This document shows, one piece after another, positions 54,102 to 64,000 of a stretch of DNA of 64,000 nt. The notes below the pieces were generated by a model. The model had not been told where the DNA came from. It was given only the letters and a program-made list of their open reading frames with translations, and did no database searches. The translations under genes and the position numbers were made by a program. Source of the stretch: Utricularia gibba (lineage: Eukaryota; Plantae; Magnoliophyta). Within the stretch, counting starts at the first letter, position 1; each line of letters opens with the position of its first letter. The DNA lies in assembly GCA_002189035.1 (NCBI GenBank), contig NEEC01000009.1, positions 806,001 through 870,000 of the forward strand, in the 5' to 3' direction.

Positions 54102-56820
54102 TCACTCCTCGGCAACGGGCAGAAGGCCAACGTCTTTCCCAAATCCGGGTTCGAGAAACTTGGCAACAAATGCCCACAGCTTGTAAACATCTTCAAAATT
54201 TGTCAGGAACCCAAGCGAAGCAGTGACAACCTCGGCTCTGACCAGCCCACTTTTACTGTCATGCTTGTTGCCATTCAGCATTGGCTTGCAAAGGGTGGTG
54301 TCATCAAGACTAGAGGGTGGCTGTTTGGAACCATCCACTATCCGTATATGACTCAATATCCCGATCCCGATCGAAACTCCATGAGCCTCAGCAAGTTTCT
54401 GAACGATTTCAGGGCTTACCAGGCCACGGTTTCTGTCCCTGATGTTGAAGGCCACTGCTGCACCTCTTTCGTACTTGATTTTTGGCCCATATATGTGCAC
54501 TAATGGGGTGCCTTCCGTCTGGTCTGCACCAGGAAATCTAAGCTGCAGCAAGGATGTTACAAGCCAGTTGATCAAGAACCGTAGCCGGGAAGTGGTCTTG
54601 TTGAGGCCAAGCATGTTTACATGATCCAGATGCTTGCAGACTATCTCCACTTCACCTCTATCGGACGCCTGATCATCTCCGTAATCCCCATTGCTCATGT
54701 AGTCATCCTCGTCCGCAGACAAGTTTCCAGTCTCCAGTGCTGGATCCAGTTGAGTTCTACCATCTTCGTTGCTAAACAGAACCCGTCTTCCCTTTCTCCC
54801 GGACTGCTCACTCTCTTCAATCCCAAAGAACCTTCCCTCAGCAATTCTACTCCTTTCTCGTCTTTCTAGTAACCTGAAATCACCCTCAGTCTCCCTCCGA
54901 ATCGCACTCTCCTTCTCAATGAAGGTATCAGGAGCAGATCCATTCAGAATATTTCCAGATACAGTGGGCGAATGCTTAAAACATGAGGCTGTGGCAAGAC
55001 CATTCAGTTCGCTGGCTGCAAGCTCTTCAATTTCATGACATGGCTGGTGCCTTTCTATGTACTGCTGCCCTTCAGGGGCATCCTTAAAATGGTCAAGCTC
55101 TCGAGACACTGATCGAATAGCAGCATCAAATGACAGCACATGGTCATCTTTATTGCTTGGGATTGGGCTGTTAGATAATTTTGGTGCTGTTGGAGAGCTC
55201 GTCTTATTGTTCTTCCGACGAGAAAACCAAGCTGGTGGAACCGATGATGAGATCTTGAGCTTGTTTGAATGGCTTGCACCATCTGAATCCTGAGGACTGT
55301 GTCCCACATCAATCCACAGTGAATTGTCTGATGACTCATCTTCACTGAACAAAGGGCTCTTCATCACTTCTCCAACAGAAACACTTTCAACTTCTTCAAA
55401 CATGGTGCTTGTTCCATCCCGGTCAGAACTGTTGTCATGCTCCATCTCAGTTTCAAACACATCCCTTACCTGAGCAGAAGTGTATGCTCCAGAAAAAGCA
55501 GGTAACTGAGATCCGGGCCGAGTTTCAGACTTTTCTCTGCTGTTTTCAGGTTCATCCGCCCAAAGCCAGGGAAGTTATCCATGGAATCACTCAAATATGT
55601 AGGGAAAACTGGTGTTATTTTAACTATACCTGAACCAGCATGACCTGACTGGTTCTGAAGTGTACCAATTACTGATTTTTTGATCAGAAGACAGCCAAAT
55701 CCTGTTGGATCAAATCCAAACACTCTGTAGAACGAAGTGATGATGAAATCTGGTCGGAATAAGGACAATCCAAGAGAATCCATGTCCTTTGGACCCAATG
55801 CCCCAGCATCAAGCAATACATGCCAATTGTTCTGCTGAGCCAGGGCCATCCACTGGTATGAGTACTTGGCACCAGACACTCTAGACTGCACCGGAAAAAC
55901 GAAGAGACCCGTTGCGGAATCTTTCTTCCTCCTCCTCTTAGTCGAAATCTGCTTCCTTAAGTCAGTTGAGCAAAGTTTCAATGTAGGCCATCTGAACCAT
56001 GCACTTTGAACCTTTGCACCTTTCTCTCTGGCACTCTGGGCCAGCCAGGTAACAGATTGGCTTTCATGATCAAACATCGTCAGCAGTCTCTTGTTTGTGT
56101 GAAACGGGTACGATTCGCCTAAAAGCTTAAAGGCTGAACCACGGCTGACTGTGAAAACAAGACCATATTCGTTCTCCGGGATGTTCAAATAATCCATTAT
56201 TCTGACCTTTATATCATGCTCCACAGTGCCTGCCTCAGCTCCCCATACAGAGCATGATTACTCAAATTGGCTGTAATTTCCGACAAGCTAAACGTCGACG
56301 ATTCCCAGTAATGCACTGTTTGAAGAAATGAGAACAACCCGAATCCACAATAATCAAGGCATACTCTTGAACCAGGGCTGGAGAGGTGAGAGTACTCATC
56401 TGCTCTCAGATGATCAATCCTCTCTGAAGATTGATACTTGGGATACATTGTTAAAAACTTAGAGAATGCTTCATTGAACCTTGGAATAGACCCTGCTGAA
56501 TAAAATATACGCTCAGCAGCAAGAGATGTAGCCATCAGGAACTCCTTGTGGGCATTTAATCGAGCAAGAGATCGTGACTTCCCTGTGCTACCATCTTGGT
56601 TTGGAAGCCCGGAATCTATAGCGTGCGACTTAGCAAGTGAGCCATCATCCGATGCTTCCTCAAGAGCCTCCCTCAGCTTGTGTTCCTGCAATTTTCTCAG
56701 GAACGATGGACTAGCTTTTATCTCTTCAGAGGAATGTTCAGAAACGTCTCTTCTTCTGCTCTTTTTGTCCAGCACCAGAGCAGCACAGCGAGATAGCGGA
56801 TTCCATAGAGATATATGCAT
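54102..56820 (-). CDS. Molybdenum cofactor sulfurase-like PLP-dependent transferase-fold protein (intronless, no MOSC domain); two apparent 1-bp deletions
   Basis: [107 protein letters not shown] and [16 protein letters not shown]. Adding one G at 56241-44 and one at 55559-61 gives a 906-aa ORF. Confidence 0.88.
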
Positions 56821-58817
56821 TAAAACCTCCCTTTCTTGGAATACAACGAGAATTCCAATAAAACAGAACAAAAAGGAGAACTCTATCAAGCAAGCAAAAG
56901 AAAGAACCAAATAGAAGACCAGCTAAAGAGCCCTCAATTCAAACCCTAAAGCAAGACGGTCCAAACCCAGCAAAAGCTGGCCCCGAATACGACTTTGCTT
57001 TTCAAAACACAAAGAGCTTATTCTGAGGAGGGAAATGGGCGTAACCTGTTGATTCAAACACGGCGGAATTTTACACAAAGGCACTCTGGTTGAAGGAACA
57101 GATCGGGGAATTCATAGATCTAATAGAATGAACAGAGTGCCCACCTTTTGCAGTTCAAAATTGTGCAACTGCAATGCGAGGGAAATAGAATTCAAGTGCA
57201 AAGACTCCGAATTTGGCACCGGAACAACAAAAATCCCAAATCACACCACCCAGTAAGGCACTAAAGGTACAGGAAAACGCAGATCCTCACGAAAACAGCA
57301 GCAAGTGAAGAACTTTCGCAAGGTGAACAAGGAATCACGATCTCGAAAGTAACAAATTAGCCCCAAGTTGCCGTTCTTCCTCAAATCACCTGAAAAAACA
57401 ACTAACCCGATCTTTTTTTCCCCCTATGCTCCGAACTTTCAGGCACCGATACCGAAACAAACCCCTCAACCACAAAACCAGATTTCCACGAAACCCAGAG
57501 GGAAATAGAAACTAATAGCATTCAATTATCGACCCCCCTCTCTCTCTCCCCCACAACTTCCCTTCACATTCGCGTCAAATGGGGTACCGGAACAACTGGT
57601 TACAACACTAAACCCACACCAAAATTTTGGCCCCAGACAGACACAACAAACAGTTCGGAAATCCAAGTTGACTTTCACGCCACCCTAGAGAGATCGTCGT
57701 CTTGATTTGAGTTCCTCCAAACCATACACTACAGCCCCTGCAGAAATGAAGAAAGATTGCTTCTTGGGGGACCCCTACTACCCAAGCCCGAGACCCTTGT
57801 TCCGTTGAGTCCTTTTACTCCCTTTTTTTTTCTGAATACCTGATATACTTTCACGTCAAATCAAACCCTGAAACGATTTCCGCGTTGAAAGGTTTCAAAC
57901 GAACTCATTCGTCTGGTGCCCCCCTAAGTAGCTTTATTCGGTGGAGGTGCAACCGGTGAAGATGAAGCCAATGAACGACCTTCACATTAAAATTTCGGAC
58001 CTTTCTATTTATTATTACATCCGAAAATCAATTTCATTTTTCCCAATTAATTTCTAAATTCCCCCCCACAAAAAAATTCATGGCTACCTTTTTTTTTAAT
58101 TTTATTATACTGTATTAATTATAATTTAAATGTTTTAATTTCCAAGTGGTCTCATTGGAGGGAGGAGACTGGAATTCAGACCCATGAAAAAAACATCGGA
58201 TCCGGTGTGCGGTTCCGGTAGCAAATAGGGTAACAGAATATTAATTTATGAAAAAGGGCCCCACTTTTGTAATATTTATTGCAGCCGCCCCGCTGTATTT
58301 AATGCCCAGCCCTCCCCGTAAACCACGCATTTACAGTTACAGTGTGTGCGGTTGAGTTTTATATTTTTTATTTGAGTTGAATTAAATGCTAAGAAAACAA
58401 ATTTACTTTTTTAAAAAAGAAATGAATAGGTGTCAACGGTGTACCAGATTAACAGTGATGAGTTGTTGGGCAATTAGAGCCATTTCTAAGTAGGAAACAA
58501 TGTTCCATGGTGGGGTTTCCAAAATATGGGGACTTGTTGCTGGTTCGAATATGAAACATGGGAATAGTTTATGAATCTGATCATGTTGTGATGTGTGTGT
58601 GGAAAAAAAGGAAGGATTGGACAGGACCTGAGACCAGCTTTTGGAAATTGTACTACACATCATATTTGGTGATTGAGGAAGATCAGGGAGTGAGCAGCTG
58701 CCATGTTTCATGAAGCTCATTCTTCTAAGCCCATGAGAACAATCAGGCTAACAAAAGGGAGTTTTCACTCCTGGAAAAATAGTTGTTAGTTTCTAAAGCT
58801 GGCAGCATGGTGATTCT

Positions 58818-60835
58818 TCAGTGAGCTGCACGGCGTTGCCTCAACCTCCCGGCAATGCTGTCGTCCGGGGTTTCCACATGGGTGCGCTTCTTTGTGGTTT
58901 TTGGGCGTCCCCTTGTTGGTGGTGACGCAATGTGGCTGCTGTCTGAGGGATTGGGTGTCCCCGTGGTGATTTCTTGAACAGTCTCTGTGGTTGCAGCTTT
59001 GGCTGTGGAGTGGCTTTCTACTTCCTGATCGTGCTCAAGATCTGCTCTTTTGGCATCATGTATCGGGGGATGTTGAATCTGGCCATCCAACTGAGCTGCA
59101 ACAAGAGGGGCTTCTGAAGTTTGTGGTCCATCGCTTACATCACCACCAATTTCATCATCTGCCTCGGTTGGGAGAGTAATGCTTTTATCTTCATCTTCAG
59201 GAAAGGCATCAATGTCGGAAAATGGGAGTGATCTTTTAGCTGAAACAGGGCTTTTGGTGCCAGAGTTTTCATCCGGTACTGCATCATGCCGTCTTGACTG
59301 AATGAGATAATGTGCCACGGACTTGTAGCCAAGGCTTGAGATCTGGAAGAAGAGTTTTTGCAGTTACTAAGAAATTTATCTGTTTCCAGTATCGGAGGGT
59401 GGTGAATGAATACCTTCCGGTAGAGGGGACCCGTAGGAGCCCACCCTTTCGCTTGCCGGCACAAACTGCAGTTACAAATACCACGACAACCAGGGCAGAT
59501 CCAGTTTGGATTCTCGTTAGCTTCAAGCACATTTTCTCCGTATCTGCTTTCAAAACTCCATCTCTCAACAGCACTCAACGAAATGTTTCATTAATGATAA
59601 TAATCACAAGGAAAGATAGAATGATGTATTCTCAGTTCAATGCTCACAGGCTAACTACGCTTGATGCAGGGGAGAAGTGCTCACGCTTTACCTCATATAT
59701 AAACAATCTCCACAGAACTGCCCTTGAACCATATTGCACTGACTACATTGTGTGCGATGCCCGAGAGTCTTTTGCCTAAAACACAGGGTGACTCTCCAAA
59801 TATTTAAAACGAATAAAAAAAACAAGAAGCAAACATGATACTTCATGAAGCAATGAGAAACCAGAAAAATATCCCAACTTGCAGAAGATGCATTTGTGTG
59901 ACCGGAAAAATAGCATTTCGAACACCTTACTATAATGCTGAAAATTGGCAGAAAACGCAACATGAATTCTTAACCTCACGAAAAACACACCCTTTCAATC
60001 ATTTAAAACAAAAGGGTACCTCTATTACACATTCATCAAGCTTCACGAAACCTCACATTCACACAAGTTCAATAGAGATTTTCCGTTCATGTATGATGTG
60101 CAAACAGCCCAACGATCCCACTGATACTGTCGTAGCTATTCTTACTTCAATGAACAATATGAAATAAACTACTAGAATGCATCAGGCTGCTTACCTGCAT
60201 TGGTGGCAAGTCTTCCCTTTGAATGAATCATATATTCGCTTGCCATCAACTCCATATCCATCAACAAAAAGCGTCCATGCCCTTTCAGTGCTTCCAAGCA
60301 ACTTTTCATGTTCCTCTGTGTAAATCTCAGGCCTGACTCCATCCCGTATGATGATTCGACCTTTGGTTTTCTTTACCCCATCGGACAACTGACGCATTTC
60401 ACAGTAGCTCACAGGCGTTGCGTTTTGTAGCCTGTTTTCTCAGACCAAGGAAACAATAACCCGAAATCACTACCCCATTTTCAAATGGCTAATCAATCTA
60501 TACTCCATAAACCTTATTTAACAAAAAAATAAAAACATCGAGAGGGTAATGGTCAAACACCTGGAGGACCGACGCACGGGTTCCGTAAAAGGCAAAGGGG
60601 AGCAAGCAACACTAGAACGTCGCTTCGAAACTCTACCATTGGCTGAACTGAGCGCGACGAGCTTCTGCGAAAGATCAAGAATCCCCAATTTCTGCATCCT
60701 CTCCTGATTCTCCTTGATCCTTTCTTCTCTCGAAAGCTCGTACTCGGAAACGAAGCCCTTCCCCAAAACTTCCATCTTTCGCTCGTCTCCAGGCGCGGCG
60801 ATGCCGCTAAGAACTCTGCTCCTCACCGTCACCAT
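58818..60835 (-). CDS. CDCA7: CDCA7-family protein (zf-4CXXC_R1 zinc finger)
   Basis: SEYELSREERIKENQERMQKLGI, YTEEHEKLLG, WTLFVDGYG.DGKRIYD..KGKTCHQCRQKTLG.RTQCSQC..VQGQFCGDCLYMRYGENVLEA..NPNWICPGCRGICNCSLCR..KGWAPTG.LYRK and GYKSVAHYLI. Confidence 0.9.
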
Positions 60836-60982
60836 TCCCAACAAGGGTTCCAGTTCAAATTCACAGTAAGAGAACGGTATCCGTTGTTGGAACTCGGGAA
60901 GAAGACACGCAACGGTCAAAATCCAAAACGGGCTGAGCCCCATTACTTTACCGAGCCTTTTTCTTGCAACAGTCAACATCTG

Positions 60983-61245
60983 TATTGGGCCTAGCCCATC
61001 TACCTTCCTGGGCCATTTACTTGTAAAGAAGACAATCAACGGAATTGGGCCGTGCCCATATACAATCCTGGGCCATTTACTTGCAAAGAAGACAATCAAC
61101 GAAATTGGGCCGTGCCCATATACAATCCTGGGCCATTTACTTGCAAAGAAGACCATCAACGGTATTGGGCTGGGTCCAGATACTTTCCTGGTCCATTTAC
61201 TTGAAAAGAAGCCCATCAACGGTATTGGGCCGGCCCAAGCCCATC
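60983..61245. repeat. 60-bp tandem repeat, about 4.4 copies, rich in site II (TGGGCY) motifs
   Basis: Exact 60-nt period (ATTGGGCC.....CCCA..TAC..TCCTGGGCCATTTACTTG.AAAGAAGAC.ATCAAC), with roughly a dozen TGGGCY motifs counting both strands. Confidence 0.93.
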
Positions 61246-61275
61246 TTCATTTTTGCAGTATTTTTTTGGAATTAT

Positions 61276-61283
61276 GCGGGAAA
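61276..61283 (-). promoter_or_regulatory. Canonical E2F binding site upstream of CDCA7
   Basis: GCGGGAAA on the plus strand is TTTCCCGC on the CDCA7 strand, immediately upstream of the site II array. Confidence 0.6.
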
Positions 61284-62177
61284 TATATATAAAAAAGGCG
61301 TAAAATAATAATATTTTTAAAAATGGAGAAATAAGAAGATATATTATTTAATTTTACCGTTTAAATGGTAGTAAGTAGCAGAGTAGGGAGAGAGACAGGA
61401 ACAGGAGGAATAGGGGGGAGGATGCCGAGCCGACGGGGAGCAGGGCGGCGGGAATCGCGGCGGAGGGGGGAATGGTCCAATGATTGCCGGCCCACGCTAA
61501 GTCGACACCATCATTATCGTGTGCCACTCATCTGATCAGATTCCCCAGAAACCAACCAACCAAATCCCTTCCCCGCAGTCAAAGATCTCGTCTTTCTCTC
61601 TCACGCACACACACAGTCCGCGTGTTCTCTGTCTCTTTATTGTCCCCCCTCCCACACTAGAGTGTTCTTTCACATTTAACCCCCTTTACTTTCTGTAATT
61701 GCAATCCCCATCCCTGGACACAGCCATTGATCAGACAGAGAGCGTAATGCCCAAATTCACAGTCTTTGTCTTGGATTAAGGTTCATTTTCTTGACATGGG
61801 TATGGTCTTAAATGTGGTCTGTGAGCACCTTCTGGAATGTAGTTATGGCGACATTAACAAAACCTCGGTGAGGAAGAAGAAGAATCACGAGACAGTCAGA
61901 GAATGGGTAAGCGGGCAAGCAAGCAAACAGTCCCTTGAGAGCAGAGCAGTTTGGGGCCGAACCCAAACAAACAAAGCCTGCTTCGAGCCGTCTGATGCCA
62001 TGCCGCATTTCTATTCTTGTAACTGAATGCTGCTTCTCACTCCCCCTGCAAAAGCTCTCTGTCGTTTCTTCAGAAACCCAAACCAGAAGAATCTTCATTC
62101 TTCTTCTCCTCTCTCTTTCTTCTCCCAATAAATCCCCCCGAGAGAGCGTTTGTTTTCTTCAAGCTTATCTCAGCAAA

Positions 62178-62858
62178 ATGGCTACCGAGTCCGTTGAGAG
62201 AAAACCCATGAAGCATTCGCAGCCGCCGGAGCCAGAGCATCTCCCCTGCCCCCGCTGCGATTCCACCAACACCAAGTTCTGTTACTACAACAACTATAAC
62301 TTCTCGCAGCCACGCCATTTCTGCAAATCGTGCCGCCGGTACTGGACGCATGGGGGCACTCTCCGGGATATTCCGATTGGTGGGGGTAGCCGGAAAAACG
62401 CGAAACGCTCGAGGAACGGGAGTGTTTCGTCTGTGTCTGCCTCTTCTTCTTCTTGCTCGTCGAGCGCCGCTGCCGTAGCCCATTTTGGGATCCCCGCCGA
62501 GGTCGCGTCGCAGTTCATCGCGCCTTTCGCGGCGGATCACACGCCGTGTTTCCGGGATACCTTTACGTCTTTGCTGAATACCCAGGGCGCAGGGATGTGG
62601 GCACTGGGTGGATTCGGTTTTGGGTCGAGGTTCGGGTTTGAAGATATGGGGTTTGGGCATGCGAGAGGTAGCTGGCCCATCACAGATGTTGCTGCGCCTG
62701 CTGTTTTCACGACGACGTCTCCCGCCGGAGTAACTTCTGGGCCGTACACGTGGCAGGTGGAGGGCGGCGACGGTGCATTTTCAGGGGTAGGCGGTGACTG
62801 TTTCACCCTCCCGGAACTGGCAATCTCGTCCACATACTGCGGAAGCGTGTGCAAGTGA
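62178..62858 (+). CDS. Dof zinc-finger transcription factor (OBP1/DOF3.4-DOF5.8-like)
   Basis: [54 protein letters not shown] and a C-terminal PELAIS motif. Intronless. Confidence 0.93.
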   Translation: MATESVERKPMKHSQPPEPEHLPCPRCDSTNTKFCYYNNYNFSQPRHFCKSCRRYWTHGGTLRDIPIGGGSRKNAKRSRNGSVSSVSASSSSCSSSAAAVAHFGIPAEVASQFIAPFAADHTPCFRDTFTSLLNTQGAGMWALGGFGFGSRFGFEDMGFGHARGSWPITDVAAPAVFTTTSPAGVTSGPYTWQVEGGDGAFSGVGGDCFTLPELAISSTYCGSVCK

Positions 62859-63090
62859 AATAACGCATTTGCCCTTTTGTGTTCTGGGGAGTATTCTCGA
62901 CTTTTAGCCTTGTTGATTTATTAGGTGCTAATTACCGTTTAAAAGACAATTATGCCTGTTTTGTTAACCTCTTACTATCTTTCAAATAAATTAATTACTT
63001 TGAAAAAAATGCGTAATTAATTTAATTACGTCATTATAATCCTCAAAAGCTTGGGTAGAAATGTAAAATTGGCATTTTTACAGCCAAAGA

Positions 63091-63520
63091 AACTGGGCTT
63101 CTATGTAATGAAAAAGGTGGCCCCAGAGTGGGTGGAAGTGGGGTTTCAAAATTTTGCATTTTTCACCAAGGGTAACTGGGCCTCCATGTAATAAAAAGAA
63201 AATGTGTCCCAAGGATAGAGGAAGTAGGGTTACAAGAATTTTGCATGACTGGGGCCTCTATGTAATAAAAAGAAAGTGTGTCCCAGAGTGGAAGCAGGGT
63301 TTCATTTTTCATCAAGGAAAACTGGGGCTTCTATGTAATAAAAAGAAGGTGTGTCCCAAACTGGAAGCAGGGATTCAAGAATTTTGCAATTTTCGTCAGG
63401 GGAAACTGGGGCTTCTATGTAATAAAAAGAAAGTGGTCCCAGGGTGGAGGTGGGGTTTCAATGTAAAATCAGGAAAGTGGTCCGAGGGTTCTGCAAAGCT
63501 TAAAAGTGGTCCGGGGTCAA
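63091..63520. repeat. Degenerate tandem repeat, five units of about 72-84 bp
   Basis: Units start AACTGGG(G)C.TCTATGTAAT.AAAA.GAA..GTG.(G/T)CCC at about 63091, 63174, 63248, 63320 and 63404. Confidence 0.85.
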
Positions 63521-64000
63521 AGTAATATAAAGAAAAACAGCTCTCATTAATACCCTTTGGTGCTTACTCTAGTTTCAGTTAAATCACTTGAACTCCAGCT
63601 TCAGTACCCGCTATGTGTTCGCCGAAATCCCGCCGTGGGCGTATGCAATGGGAAATCACGATGACGAAGAGTGGGAATCAGGGGATGTTGTTGAGTGTGA
63701 TGATATGGGTTCATCTCGTTCTTTTACTACTTACTATCAACAGTTTCAGGTTCAAATTGGACACGCAGATGGTACAGATGACATGAGAGTGGCTGGGATT
63801 TGTCGTGTTTGAAGGAGTGGTTGAGATATTGCCTCACTTTTTTAGTGGGTATGGATAAATCCATGGAGATAAGTAGTGTTCATGTGATGGTGGAAGAAGA
63901 TCCAAAATCCGTGACTTTCAGAGAGAGGGAAGAGCGAACAACACCATTGGTTTTCATGGTTTGCACCAGAATAAGTGAGTGGTCTTCTTATGGGACAAAG

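Noticed and set aside
60983-61245. CRISPR-like array
   Set aside because: The units are contiguous, near-identical 60-mers with no unique spacers, there are no cas genes, and the context is a plant nuclear genome.
61413-61470. Potential G-quadruplex in the CDCA7-Dof interval
   Set aside because: The G-tracts are present but the loops are long and irregular, and such tracts are common in plant promoters.
61935-62177. 81-aa in-frame N-terminal extension of the Dof protein
   Set aside because: The sequence is CT-rich 5'UTR-like, and the ATG at 62178 has good context and matches family length.
63588-63812. 74-aa orphan ORF at the window end
   Set aside because: Non-ATG start and no family resemblance. 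It may belong to a gene or element extending beyond the window and cannot be resolved here.

Overview
Eukaryotic nuclear DNA from a gene-dense flowering-plant genome with short introns and very AT-rich intergenic stretches. I find 18 protein-coding genes: a C3H19/NERD-C3H44-type GYF+CCCH protein (5' truncated), an MCRS1/FHA protein, ALDH3F1, an SHI/STY (SRS) transcription factor, a GH35 beta-galactosidase, threonine aldolase, D-2-hydroxyglutarate dehydrogenase, organellar ribosomal protein L12, three conserved plant proteins of unknown function, SAH hydrolase, HDC1, a fatty acid amide hydrolase, PDI, a Moco-sulfurase-like PLP-fold protein, CDCA7 (zf-4CXXC_R1) and a Dof factor. There is also a MIR169 hairpin, a degraded hAT transposase, a probable solo LTR inside a locally triplicated AT-rich unit, and several tandem repeats. 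No tRNA, rRNA or CRISPR array was seen. Major caveat: seven genes are broken by frameshifts that are each repaired by adding one base to a homopolymer run, which points to long-read consensus error rather than pseudogenes. The most interesting observations are: MIR169 probably nested in a 5'UTR intron; a 60-bp, site-II-rich tandem array in frame with CDCA7 beside an E2F site; a SAHH intron just before the last codon flanked by a duplicated splice motif; a PLP-fold protein lacking both catalytic residues; and a U12 AT-AC intron end. I did not find a demonstrably new multi-gene system. All family and orthologue names come from recognising motifs from memory, not from database searches.
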